Shown here piece by piece: positions 52,825-62,517 of a DNA stretch of 64,000 nt; the stretch's first letter is position 1, and each line of letters starts with the position of its first letter. The translations under genes and the position numbers were made by a program. The DNA is from an uncultured delta proteobacterium (lineage in GTDB: Bacteria; Myxococcota_A; Polyangia; Fen-1088): contig CAWCMR010000025.1 in the NCBI GenBank assembly GCA_963796685.1, positions 480,001 through 544,000 of the forward strand, given 5' to 3'. Below the pieces are notes generated by a model. The model ran no database searches. It was not told the origin of the DNA and worked only from the letters and a program-made list of their open reading frames with translations.

Positions 52825-54828
52825 TCAGTAGGCCACGAATTCGTCGGCGACCAGGGCGCCTTCGCTGGAATCGTCTTCGAGCTCCAGCTCCACGGTCTGG
52901 CCGACCCACTCGCTGGTGTTCCACTCCACCTGCCGCGCGACTCCTGATGGGCTGGCGCTGGCGAGGATTGTCTCGCCCTGGCGCAAGGACACGCGCAACC
53001 CGCCGACGGGCGACCCTGCCAGGACGAAACGCAGGTGGGCGGCGTCGACGACAAAGGGCTGCGAGCGCAAAACGCCGTGTGCCTGCACCGATCCTCGCCC
53101 CGAATCCGCGGCATAGCGGCCGAACATGCCGATGGCGGCGGGTGCCGGAGCCGCGCCGAAGGCCGTGCCAAGGACGGTAAACCCGGCGAAATTTCCGCTC
53201 TCGAAATCGAAGAGGCACCGTCCGCCCAAGGGAATGGGCGGTGGGTCGCGGGTGGGCACGAGCAGGGTGCGCGGCGAGGTTTGCGCGCCGGCAAACATGC
53301 GGACCGAATCCACGCCCTCCACGAAATCGTGAATGGCGTGGTAGCGGCGATCCAGGTTCGGCCACTCGCCCGGGTAGGATTTCCAGTCGAGCACGATAGC
53401 GGCGAAGCGCTGCTCGGCGATGGCCTGGTCGAGCCCCCTCGGGCGACCGAGCGCGGCCTCGACATCGTGCACGCCCATGCGGTGAACGAAGGGACGCTTG
53501 CCGGCGAGGACGGCGTAGTAGGGGTGGAAGGGGATGAACAGCGGCTCGGGCAAGGCGCGCAGCTCTTCGAGCAGCCGACCGGCGGCCACCCGATCCTGGG
53601 CGCTCGGCACCGCGCTGGCGAGGGACGTCAGGGCGTGGCTCGGGCGCGGCCAGGGGGTGAAGATCGGCGCCTTGTCCCGGCCACGCACCGGCTTCGGGGG
53701 CGCGGTGTGCAGACTTTGCGAGCCGAGCAAGAGCGCCACGGCCGCGGCCACGGTCATCGCCCCCCACCTCCGTCCGGTCAGCGCCACTTCGAGGAGCCGT
53801 GCCGCAAGGACCGCGGTCGCGAAGGCGGGAAAGAAGACCGCCGGAATGAAGGCATTGCTGTCCGCCCACTGGGTGGCGAATCCCACCAAGGCCGTGATCT
53901 CGCCGCACGCAGCGACCAGAAGCAAGATGGCGTCGCTACGGCGCAACCTGCGCGAGAGCGCGAGGCCGGTCACGGCCAGGAGCAGGGCCAAGAAAAGTGG
54001 CCAGGCGAATTGTTGCGTAAACGGCAGGGCGATGTCGGTGACCGCCTCTTTGCGGAAGGCGTGACTCTGGTGCAGCTTGAAGATGTAGGTCCAGAACCAG
54101 CCCCCCGAGGTCTTCACCAGAAGGCCGATGCCAGCGGCAAGGGTCGCCGCCGCCACCGCGCCGTAGACCAACCCGCGGCGGAAATTCGCCACCAGCAAGC
54201 CCAGCCCGAGCCCCAGGCCCACGATGCTGGCGGTCTGTTTGGCAAAGAAGCCGAGCGCGATGAACAGCCCGGCGAGGGCGGCGCTCTTGAGTCCTTGCCC
54301 GCGTAGTGCGAGCCACAGGGCCAGTGCCTCCAAGACCAGCGGCAGCGAGTCGGCGCGAACCAGATCGTAGAAGTAGCCGGTGAAGGCGAAGCTGGCCGCG
54401 ATGGCCCCGGCGCCGCCGATGCCCGCCAAGGCGGCGAGGAGCCTTCGCCGGGGATCCTGCGACTCGCCCTGGCTGGTCACCACCACGAGGGCGAGCGAGC
54501 CGGTGAAGGCCGCGATGGAAACCAGGCGGCCGAGCAGGTAGCCGAGGGGAAAGACGAACGACAGCAGGGCCAGCAGCGCGGGATAAAGCGGCGTGTACAG
54601 AAAGGGAATGAAGTCGAGCGACGGCTCGACGTAGATCCCCTTGCCCTGCGCGATCCGTTGCGCGTGCAACAGCGTGCCGCCCTCCATCCATTCGAGGTCG
54701 AGCGGAAAGGTGGCCCGGCCGGCGAAGAGCCGCGCCTGCCAGCCCAACTGGACCAGCGCGGGCAACGCCGCCACGACCATCGAGGCGACGACCATGCCGA
54801 CGAGAATGTGGTCTCTGCGGAGCTTCAC
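52825..54828 (-). CDS. GT-C fold (ArnT/PMT-like) membrane glycosyltransferase with C-terminal beta-sandwich domain
   Basis: PLDLEWMEGG, YTPLYP, DLVRADSL, FAKQT, multiple TMs; FDFESGNFAG domain. Confidence 0.78.
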   Translation of the reverse strand: MKLRRDHILVGMVVASMVVAALPALVQLGWQARLFAGRATFPLDLEWMEGGTLLHAQRIAQGKGIYVEPSLDFIPFLYTPLYPALLALLSFVFPLGYLLGRLVSIAAFTGSLALVVVTSQGESQDPRRRLLAALAGIGGAGAIAASFAFTGYFYDLVRADSLPLVLEALALWLALRGQGLKSAALAGLFIALGFFAKQTASIVGLGLGLGLLVANFRRGLVYGAVAAATLAAGIGLLVKTSGGWFWTYIFKLHQSHAFRKEAVTDIALPFTQQFAWPLFLALLLAVTGLALSRRLRRSDAILLLVAACGEITALVGFATQWADSNAFIPAVFFPAFATAVLAARLLEVALTGRRWGAMTVAAAVALLLGSQSLHTAPPKPVRGRDKAPIFTPWPRPSHALTSLASAVPSAQDRVAAGRLLEELRALPEPLFIPFHPYYAVLAGKRPFVHRMGVHDVEAALGRPRGLDQAIAEQRFAAIVLDWKSYPGEWPNLDRRYHAIHDFVEGVDSVRMFAGAQTSPRTLLVPTRDPPPIPLGGRCLFDFESGNFAGFTVLGTAFGAAPAPAAIGMFGRYAADSGRGSVQAHGVLRSQPFVVDAAHLRFVLAGSPVGGLRVSLRQGETILASASPSGVARQVEWNTSEWVGQTVELELEDDSSEGALVADEFVAY

Positions 54829-54830
54829 GC

Positions 54831-57191
54831 CTAGCCCTTGAGGGAAACCACGCTGACCCCGTCGCCGCCCTCGCCCGCGCCGCCGGCGCGAAAGCGCCCG
54901 ACGTAGGGCGACGTGGCCAGGTATTCACGCACGACCTTGCGAAGCGCGCCGGTGCCGTGACCGTGAACGACGTACACCGTGTCCGCGCCCTCGAGAGCGG
55001 TGCGGTCGAGGAAGGCTTCCAGCTCGGCCAGCGCCTCGTCGGCGCGCTGGCCGCGCAGGTCGAGGGTGTTGGCCCGCGATTGCAGCACCAGCACCGGTTC
55101 GGGCACGCTTTCGGGAGCGCTCTTCGCTCGCTGCGCGGGCTTTTGCTTCTTGCCTTTGTCGCCCTTGTCGCCGGTGCCCAGCCCGCGGTTGACCAGGGCC
55201 TCGCGCAGGCGGTGAAGGTCGAGCGCCGGCAGCTCGGGCAACCCGGCCGCGACTTCCTTGGCCTTCTTGTCGAGCAGGAGGCGCGCGGCCTCGGCGGCCT
55301 GCGGGCTGCGCTCGCGCCGGACCTCACGCACGATGTCCGAGATGGCTTCGCGCGCGTCGCGCACGGCCGCGTCGATGGCCTCGCGCGAGCGCATGGCCAG
55401 CTCGCGTTCGCGTCGGGTCAGAGCCTCGGTCGCGCTCTTCTCCGCGTCGGTACGGGCTTCCAGCTCCTGCTTCGCCGCTTCGAGCTCCAAGCGGGTTTGC
55501 TCCAGATCCTGGCTGGCGCGCTCCAGCGCTTGCTCGCGCACTTGTAAGTTGCGCAGGGTCTCTTCGAGGCCCAGGCTGCTCCCGTCCATGAGCGACCGGG
55601 CGCGCGCCAAGACCTCGTCGGGCAGACCGATGCGCGCCGCGATGTCGAGGGCGTACGAGCGGCCGGGAACGCCGTCCTTGAGCCGGAAGGTCGGGCGCAG
55701 CTTCACCAGGTCGTATTCCATGCCCGCGTTGCGGAAGCGCTCGTCGCTCTCCGCCAGCGCCTTCAGACTGTCGAAGTGGGTGGTGACCACGATGAGCCCC
55801 GACACCTCGGCCAGCGCCTCCAGCACGGCCCGCGCCAGCGCCGCGCCCTGATCGGGATGCGTCCCCACCATCAGCTCGTCACAGAGAATGAGCAACTTCT
55901 CGTCGCGCGCGGTGGTCGCGCATTCCAAGATCCCCGCCAGATTCGCCAGGTGTCCGGAGAAGGTCGACAAGTCGCCGCGCACCGACTGTTGATCGCCGAT
56001 GTCGGCCAAGACGCGGTTGAAGAACCCCACACGGCTTCCCGCCGCCACGGGCACGTGCAGCCCGGCGCGCGCAAGCAGGGCGGCCAGCCCCACCGATTTG
56101 AGCAGCACGGTCTTGCCGCCGGCGTTGGGGCCGCTGACCACCAGGGCCTTGGCCTTGCTCCAGCCCGGCACATCGCCGAGCACGAGGTTGTTGGCCGTCA
56201 CCGCGGTCTTCTCGCCCGCCGCGCGCAGGGCGAGCAGCGGGTGGCGCAGCGAGGTGAGCTCGACGATGGGCTCGTCGACGAGCTCGACCGGCATGCCTTC
56301 GTAGGCCTCGGCCAGGCGGGCGGAAGCGCCGATGACGTCGAGCCGAGCCAGGGTGTCGCGATCGGTGCGCAAGTGGGGCGCGGCAGCCGACACCGCGGCG
56401 GCAAGCTCCTCCAGAATGCGCCGACTCTCGCGCCGGATCTCGATCTCGGCGACCTTCAGGCGATTGTTGAGCTCGACCATGGCGGTGGGCTCGACGAACA
56501 CGGTCTCGCCGGTGCGCGAGGTGTCGTGCACGATCCCGAGACCCATGGATTTGAACGAAGCCCGCAAGGGCAGCACGAAGCGATCTTCGCGCAAGGTCAC
56601 GAACTGGTCCTGCAGATAAGGTACGTATGCCTCCGAGCCCAGGATCTGCTCGGCCTGCTCGCGGGCACGGGCGGCGACCTGGTCGCGTTCGTAGCGCAGG
56701 CGCAGCAGCTCGGGCGAGGCGCTGCTGCGCAGCTCGCCCGTGGCATCGAAGGTCTCGCGCGCCAGACGCACCAGCTCCTCGTGGTAGCCCAGCGCCGCCG
56801 CCAATCGCGACAGGCGCGGCGTTTGCAGCACGCCGTCAGGTTGGATGCGACCGAAGAATCGCCGGGCGTTGGCGGCGACCTCGCAGAAATCGGCTACCAG
56901 GCGCAGCTCCTCGGGACCGAGCGGAATCCCCTGGCTGACCGAGCGCAGGTGGCTCTCGATCTCGGGAAAATTCAGGGCCGGCAGCGACTCGCCCGTGCGC
57001 AAGATCGCCACTGCCTCGGATACCTCGGCCATGCGTTCGCGCGCCTCCTCCGCCGATGCGCACAGGGACAAGCTCTGGCACGCGCTCACGCCGCGCGACG
57101 AGTGTGCCCGCTGCGCCAGCTCGGCGCACACCTCGGGCCAGTCGAGAAATTCGAGGTAGCGTCGGGAAAGGTCAACCTGCTCGGAAGTCAT
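54831..57191 (-). CDS. mutS2: MutS2 (Smr-domain ATPase)
   Basis: SGPNAGGKT, DIGDQQS, LSTFSGH, DELMVGT, TTH, Smr LDLRG...HGHGTGALR. Confidence 0.96.
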   Translation of the reverse strand: MTSEQVDLSRRYLEFLDWPEVCAELAQRAHSSRGVSACQSLSLCASAEEARERMAEVSEAVAILRTGESLPALNFPEIESHLRSVSQGIPLGPEELRLVADFCEVAANARRFFGRIQPDGVLQTPRLSRLAAALGYHEELVRLARETFDATGELRSSASPELLRLRYERDQVAARAREQAEQILGSEAYVPYLQDQFVTLREDRFVLPLRASFKSMGLGIVHDTSRTGETVFVEPTAMVELNNRLKVAEIEIRRESRRILEELAAAVSAAAPHLRTDRDTLARLDVIGASARLAEAYEGMPVELVDEPIVELTSLRHPLLALRAAGEKTAVTANNLVLGDVPGWSKAKALVVSGPNAGGKTVLLKSVGLAALLARAGLHVPVAAGSRVGFFNRVLADIGDQQSVRGDLSTFSGHLANLAGILECATTARDEKLLILCDELMVGTHPDQGAALARAVLEALAEVSGLIVVTTHFDSLKALAESDERFRNAGMEYDLVKLRPTFRLKDGVPGRSYALDIAARIGLPDEVLARARSLMDGSSLGLEETLRNLQVREQALERASQDLEQTRLELEAAKQELEARTDAEKSATEALTRRERELAMRSREAIDAAVRDAREAISDIVREVRRERSPQAAEAARLLLDKKAKEVAAGLPELPALDLHRLREALVNRGLGTGDKGDKGKKQKPAQRAKSAPESVPEPVLVLQSRANTLDLRGQRADEALAELEAFLDRTALEGADTVYVVHGHGTGALRKVVREYLATSPYVGRFRAGGAGEGGDGVSVVSLKG

Positions 57192-57290
57192 CCGCGCCGG
57201 AGTGTACCGCAGACGAGGCTGCTAGGCGGAGCCATGGGGAATTCCGGTCCGAGAAGCCCATCGTGTGCGCGCCGTCCCAGCCTCGTCTTC

Positions 57291-58850
57291 TCATCTTGGG
57301 GGTCGGCGGGATTCGTGCAAGCCCAGGCTCGGGCCGGAACCGATGTCGGCCGGTTTGCCGGGGTGTAGGAAGCGAAGATACTTTTCCAGCACCGGATCTC
57401 CCGGATCCTTGACGATGAGTCTCCGGAGCAGCGGTTCGGCCTCCGCCGCGCGACCGACGGCGAACAAGGCGATGGCTCGATTCTTCGCGAAGTGATCCGG
57501 ACCGAAGCGACGGGTGCAATCTTCGTAGTACGCGAGGGCGGTCTGCGGCTCACCACGCTCGAAAAAGGCATTGCCGAGATTGAGGCACACCTGCGGGCTG
57601 TCGGGATAGCGGGCGTAGACGGATTTCCAGAGCGAGACTCCGTCGTGCCAAGCTGCGCACGCCGACACGGAGCCGAAGAGCAGCGCGAGGCCCATGCCGA
57701 GCCCGGCCGCCCAACGCAAGACCGGGCGCACACGCGGAACCAAGGACTCGGCAGCCGCGCCCGCGGCCAGGGCCAGACCTGCCAAGGGAAGGTAGACGTA
57801 GCTGTCGGCCAGAAAGCGACGCAGCGGCACGATGCCCGAGCTCGGCACATAGGCCACGACCGCGAACAACAGCCCGAAATGAAAGACCCGTCGCTGTTTC
57901 TCGGCCAGGCGACGTGCCAGCATCCAAGCGAGCATGGCCACGCCCGCAGGTAGCAGATCCACGGCGGGATCGAAGGATGGCGGCATGTGAAGCGGAATGT
58001 GCTTGGCCAGCGGCCGCAGCACGAAGAGGGCCAGCCCCAGGTGATAGCCCAAGGCATACTCGAGATCGCGCAGCCAGGAGAGCAACGGGGGCAACGCATG
58101 CAGAGCGCCGATGCGGTCCTGCCCGAACCATGACATCGCGGCGGCGAACCCTGCCACCACGACGGCAGGCAGGACGAGCGGCCAGCGCGCTCGCGGTTGA
58201 TCCTTGCGCTGGAGGATCCAGACTAGCGGCAACGCCAGGACCGATGGTTTGGAGAACGCCGCCAAGGTGAAGAGGACTGTGGTCGCAAGCGCGCCGTAGA
58301 TCCGCCGTTTGGGATGTGCCGACGTGGCGAGGAAGACCCAGGTCGCCGCCAAACCGAATGCCGTTGCCAGCAAGTCCTTGCGCCCCGAGATCCAGGACAC
58401 CGGTTCGGCCACCGCAGGATGCAGACCGAAGCACAGAAACGCGAGGCTGGCGCCCAACCTGCCAAGACCGATGAAGCGCCCGAGGCCATAGAGCAGGCCG
58501 CAGACGGCGAGGTGCAAGAGCACATTGGTGGCGTGATAGAGCCAGGGCGCGGGACCTACGATCATGTACTCGATCGCGTAGCTGGCGACGGTCACCGGGA
58601 TCGGATAGCCGAGCGTTGGCGTGAGCCAGCGTTCGCGGGAGCCACCGGCTCCGAGGACCGTCGCGTTGGCAAGCACGTGGGCCGGATCGTCCCAGTTGAC
58701 GAAGTCGAACCCCAGCGTGCGCACGTACCCCAAAGCGATGAGGCACAAAAACAGCCAAGGAAGCCAGCGGGGAGCCTGCACCGATGCTGGGAAAAGAGCC
58801 TGGTCCTCACCGGCGGGCGCGTCGCCTTGCTTGTCCACACGGTTGTCCAT
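57291..58850 (-). CDS. TMTC-like GT-C membrane protein with C-terminal TPRs
   Basis: FDFVNWDD, YHATNVLLH, HPAVAEPVSWISGRKDLL, SKP, ADSYVYLP, W.D..SLW, TPR. Confidence 0.85.
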   Translation of the reverse strand: MDNRVDKQGDAPAGEDQALFPASVQAPRWLPWLFLCLIALGYVRTLGFDFVNWDDPAHVLANATVLGAGGSRERWLTPTLGYPIPVTVASYAIEYMIVGPAPWLYHATNVLLHLAVCGLLYGLGRFIGLGRLGASLAFLCFGLHPAVAEPVSWISGRKDLLATAFGLAATWVFLATSAHPKRRIYGALATTVLFTLAAFSKPSVLALPLVWILQRKDQPRARWPLVLPAVVVAGFAAAMSWFGQDRIGALHALPPLLSWLRDLEYALGYHLGLALFVLRPLAKHIPLHMPPSFDPAVDLLPAGVAMLAWMLARRLAEKQRRVFHFGLLFAVVAYVPSSGIVPLRRFLADSYVYLPLAGLALAAGAAAESLVPRVRPVLRWAAGLGMGLALLFGSVSACAAWHDGVSLWKSVYARYPDSPQVCLNLGNAFFERGEPQTALAYYEDCTRRFGPDHFAKNRAIALFAVGRAAEAEPLLRRLIVKDPGDPVLEKYLRFLHPGKPADIGSGPSLGLHESRRPPR

Positions 58851-58967
58851 TGCGAGCTGCCGCCACCAGCATAGAACCTTCCGCGCGCTTTTGCATCGCT
58901 CGCCTGCGGATCGGCAGAATGCCATAGGCGAGCCGCGGCCGAGCGCCAGCGCAAAACGAAAAGGGGG

Positions 58968-59813
58968 TCACGGAAGTTGGGTCACGGGGCCGCCCAGGGT
59001 GGATTGGCCGCCGATGCGGGCCATGAGGGCGGGGAGGATCTCTTCGGAGCGCGCCCGCAGCAATTGGACCTGGTGCGAGGGCGCGGCGGTTGCCGGATCG
59101 ATGGACAACACGGGGGCACCACGCTCCAGCGCCGCATGGAGGATCAGATCCGTCACGCCCACGGAGAAGGAGGTCCCCACGAACAGGACGGCATCGCTGC
59201 CGGCTGCGGCTTCGAGCACGCGCGGCCAGCCGTAGTCGCGATGGCTGTCGTAGTATTCGTCGAACCACAGCACGTGCTGGCGCATGACCGCCTGGCAAGA
59301 GGGGCAACGCGGAAGCGTGGCGCCCGAAGGGTCGGCCAGGAATCTGTCGAGCGCGAATTCAGCGCGCGGAAGCGACCCTTCGGGAGCGCCGTGGGCGCAG
59401 CCCTGGCGCGGGCACCGAATCCGATCCGCGCGGCCGTGCACCTCGATGAGATTGCGTGAGCCGGCCTGACGGTGAAGGCCGTCGATGTTCTGCGTGACCA
59501 GGAGCATCTCTCCGCCGCGGCCCGCGCAGTGGTCCTCGAGCGCGACCAGGGCGGCGTGGGCCGAATTCGGTCGCGCGCCGTGCGTGCGTTCGAAGCGCGA
59601 GAGGTACCAACGCCACGAGCCCACCGGGTCCTCCCGGAAGTAGCGGAAGGTGCCGAGCTCGGTAACGTCCTTCTTCCACACCGCGCCCGGGTCCTGGCCG
59701 CGGAAGGTGGGGATGCCGCTGGCCAAGCTGATGCCCGCCCCGGTGACGACCAGGATGTGTTCGCTCGCGTACCGCTCGAACAGACTGGCCAAGGCGTCCA
59801 GAGCGCGATCCAC
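58968..59813 (-). CDS. cobB: Sir2-family NAD-dependent protein deacylase
   Basis: TGAGISLASGIPTFRG, TQNIDGLH, EVHG, two Cys pairs, VGTS. Confidence 0.92.
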   Translation of the reverse strand: MDRALDALASLFERYASEHILVVTGAGISLASGIPTFRGQDPGAVWKKDVTELGTFRYFREDPVGSWRWYLSRFERTHGARPNSAHAALVALEDHCAGRGGEMLLVTQNIDGLHRQAGSRNLIEVHGRADRIRCPRQGCAHGAPEGSLPRAEFALDRFLADPSGATLPRCPSCQAVMRQHVLWFDEYYDSHRDYGWPRVLEAAAGSDAVLFVGTSFSVGVTDLILHAALERGAPVLSIDPATAAPSHQVQLLRARSEEILPALMARIGGQSTLGGPVTQLP

Positions 59814-59825
59814 GGCGGAAGATCC

Positions 59826-60803
59826 TCAGTACACCCGTCCCACGAGCGCATGGCCGCGCACGAAGCGGTCGAGGTTGGCCAGGAACAGCGCCACCAGGCG
59901 GTCGTATTCGTCGCCGTGTCCGCCAGCTACGTGGGGGGTGATGAAACAGTTGGGCACGGACCACAGCGGGTGCTCGGGCGGCAGCGGCTCGGGCGAGGTG
60001 ACGTCGAGATAAGCGGCGCTCAGGGGACCGCGTAGGGCCGCGAGCAACGCCGACTGAGCCACGGTGGCGCCACGGCCGATGTTGATGAAGACCGCGCCGG
60101 GCTTCATGGCGGAAAATCTCGCGGTGTCGAAGAAGCCGACCGTGTCGCTTGCCGCCGGCAGAAGGTCGATGACCCAATCTGCACGCGCCAGCCATCGGGG
60201 CAGCTCGCCGAGCGGGTAGGTCTCGACCGGCTCGTCACCGTGTGGGCGCCGGCGAAAACCGACCACGTGCAGTCCAAAGGGGGCGAGCAATTCGGCGAGC
60301 CGTCGGGCAATGGCACCGAATCCGACCAGCAGGACCGTTTGGCCCGTGAGCAGGAACGAAGCCGCCCGCGTGGGCGGCGTGTTCCAGGCGTGGCTCGTGA
60401 CCTGGTCGCGGATCGAACCGGGTAGTTGCCTGGCCTCGGCCAGCATGAAGGCGAGCGCGTGCTGCGCGCAGGGCTCGTCGTACACCGAGGAGCTGTTGCT
60501 GAGCGGCGTGCCGCGAGCGAGGAATGCCGCGCGAACATCGTCGCTGGCGAAGGTCGTGTACCCGGCGCTGGCAAGGTGGACCCAAAGCAGTCGTGTGCAC
60601 GCCACGCATTGATCGGCTTCGGGTTGTCCGAAGGCAACGTCCGCTTCGACCAAGGCGGGATCGTGACGCCCGACGGGCTGAAAGCACGTGGTCGATTCGA
60701 CCGCGCGCACCAAGCGGTGGGCGCCGAGCCCCGCTTGGAGAGCGGCCAGCGAACGACCGGTCAGGTCGAGATTGCACCATACTGTGAGTGGACTCGAAGT
60801 CAT
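59826..60803 (-). CDS. D-2-hydroxyacid dehydrogenase
   Basis: VGFGAIA, FINIGRG, LDVTSPEPLP, ITPHVAG. Confidence 0.94.
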   Translation of the reverse strand: MTSSPLTVWCNLDLTGRSLAALQAGLGAHRLVRAVESTTCFQPVGRHDPALVEADVAFGQPEADQCVACTRLLWVHLASAGYTTFASDDVRAAFLARGTPLSNSSSVYDEPCAQHALAFMLAEARQLPGSIRDQVTSHAWNTPPTRAASFLLTGQTVLLVGFGAIARRLAELLAPFGLHVVGFRRRPHGDEPVETYPLGELPRWLARADWVIDLLPAASDTVGFFDTARFSAMKPGAVFINIGRGATVAQSALLAALRGPLSAAYLDVTSPEPLPPEHPLWSVPNCFITPHVAGGHGDEYDRLVALFLANLDRFVRGHALVGRVY

Positions 60804-60827
60804 GGCAGCCAGCCTACATCGTCGGCC

Positions 60828-62381
60828 TCAAAGTCGCGCCTCGCGCAGGCGACGCTGCAGCTCCGCCGGATCGCGAGCCGCGGACACGGCCACCTCGCGC
60901 GTGATCTTGCCCGTGCGCAGAAGCTCGAACAGCGACGCCTCGAACGCCACCATTCCGTCCTCGCGGCCGGTCTGGATCTGGCTGGCGAGCTGGTGGGTCT
61001 TTCCCTCGCGGATGAGCGCGCCGACGGCGTAGTTGACCGTCAGAAGCTCGATGGCCGGATAGCGTGTGCCGGGACGCGCGCCCGACAGAAGCTGCTGGGT
61101 CAGCACCGCGCGCAGCACCCCCGCGACTTGCTGGCGGATTTGCCCCTGCTGGTGCTGGGGAAAGATGTCGATGATGCGGTCGATGGCCATGGGCGCGCTG
61201 CCGCTGTGAAGGGTGGACAGCACGAGGTGTCCGGTCTCGGCCGCGGTCAGGGCCATGGCGACGGTCTCGCGGTCGCGCATCTCGCCGACGAGAATGATAT
61301 CGGGCCCCTCGCGCAGCGCCGCACGCAAGCCGGCGGAGAAGCTCTCGACGTGGGTGCCGACCTCGCGCTGGTGGATGAGGCAACGGCGCGGCTGATACAC
61401 GAGCTCGATGGGATCCTCGAGCGTGATGACGTGGCGAGCGCAGGTGCGGTTGACGGTCTCGAGCATGGCGGCGAGGGTGCTCGACTTGCCCGAACCCGTC
61501 GGACCCACCACGAGCACCATGCCGCTGCTCGCACCGACCAAGCCGCCGATGCTGTCCGGCAAATTCAACTCGGAGAACGAAGGGGCATGCCGCTTGATGG
61601 GACGCAGGGCGATGGCCAGGCCGTGGGCCTGCGAAAACACGTTCATTCGAAAGCGCTGTGCCCCGTCGTCGATGTCCGGTGCCACCCACGGCAGATCCAC
61701 GCTGCCCGCGCTTTCCAACACGCGGCGGCGCGGCCGGTCGAGAATCGAGTCGACGAAGGCCCTGATTTCCAATTCGCCAATGGGCGCGGCCGAGGCCGCC
61801 GCGAAACCATCGGCCGAGCGAATCCAAAGCGGTTGCCCCGCCGAGAGCAGGATGTCGGAAACCTCGCGGCCAGCGGCGCGCGCGATGACGCCTGCCAGAC
61901 GCGCGGCCACTGCCGCGCTGGCAGGATCGTCGACGACCACCGCCGGCTCCACGACGTCGCTCGCGGCGGCGATCGGCCGGGGGATCGGCGCCCCTTCTGC
62001 GCCCGACGTGGCCACCCCCTGTGTCGCGGGTGCGACCGTCGTCGCGGGCGCGACCTGCGCCGCGGGTTTTGCCACTTGGGCCCCTCCGCGGCGCAGCTTG
62101 AGTGACATGTTGTCAGCGCTTCGTCGCGCCTCCACCGCAAACGCTCCCTGTTTTCCGGAGCGGTAGACGGAGTCGCACATGCCCGTCGCGCGCAGGGTCT
62201 CCTGCTCGTTGGCAGTCAGCACCTCGACGATGAAAGTCTCGATGGTCTGAAGGTCGAGCGGCGGCATGGTCAAGCCCCGCCCCTTGCCGCCCACGAGCAC
62301 GGGGATCTCTCGCGCGCGCAGAACAATCCCCGTCGCCTGCTGCGCGTCGATGAGCGTCAAAAGTGAATCGATGGCTGCCAT
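60828..62381 (-). CDS. PilT/PilU-family ATPase paralog with an extra N-terminal domain
   Basis: GPTGSGKSST, TLEDPIE, QREVG, ALREGPDIILVGEMRD, AETGHLVLSTLH. Confidence 0.92.
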   Translation of the reverse strand: MAAIDSLLTLIDAQQATGIVLRAREIPVLVGGKGRGLTMPPLDLQTIETFIVEVLTANEQETLRATGMCDSVYRSGKQGAFAVEARRSADNMSLKLRRGGAQVAKPAAQVAPATTVAPATQGVATSGAEGAPIPRPIAAASDVVEPAVVVDDPASAAVAARLAGVIARAAGREVSDILLSAGQPLWIRSADGFAAASAAPIGELEIRAFVDSILDRPRRRVLESAGSVDLPWVAPDIDDGAQRFRMNVFSQAHGLAIALRPIKRHAPSFSELNLPDSIGGLVGASSGMVLVVGPTGSGKSSTLAAMLETVNRTCARHVITLEDPIELVYQPRRCLIHQREVGTHVESFSAGLRAALREGPDIILVGEMRDRETVAMALTAAETGHLVLSTLHSGSAPMAIDRIIDIFPQHQQGQIRQQVAGVLRAVLTQQLLSGARPGTRYPAIELLTVNYAVGALIREGKTHQLASQIQTGREDGMVAFEASLFELLRTGKITREVAVSAARDPAELQRRLREARL

Positions 62382-62517
62382 GCTTCACGATGTAGCAAGA
62401 GTCGGACCCAGACAGGATGTCACCCACGAGGACAAACGCAATCCCAGGTTGGGAAAGGCGTCGGACCCTCGCGTTCGCATTGTGTCGCCCCCACCTTTTC
62501 AGGCATGCTCGTCCACC

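Noticed and set aside
58968-59813. Sir2 anti-phage effector (Thoeris/DSR)
   Set aside because: Stand-alone Zn-binding CobB-type sirtuin in a metabolic operon, with no partner genes.
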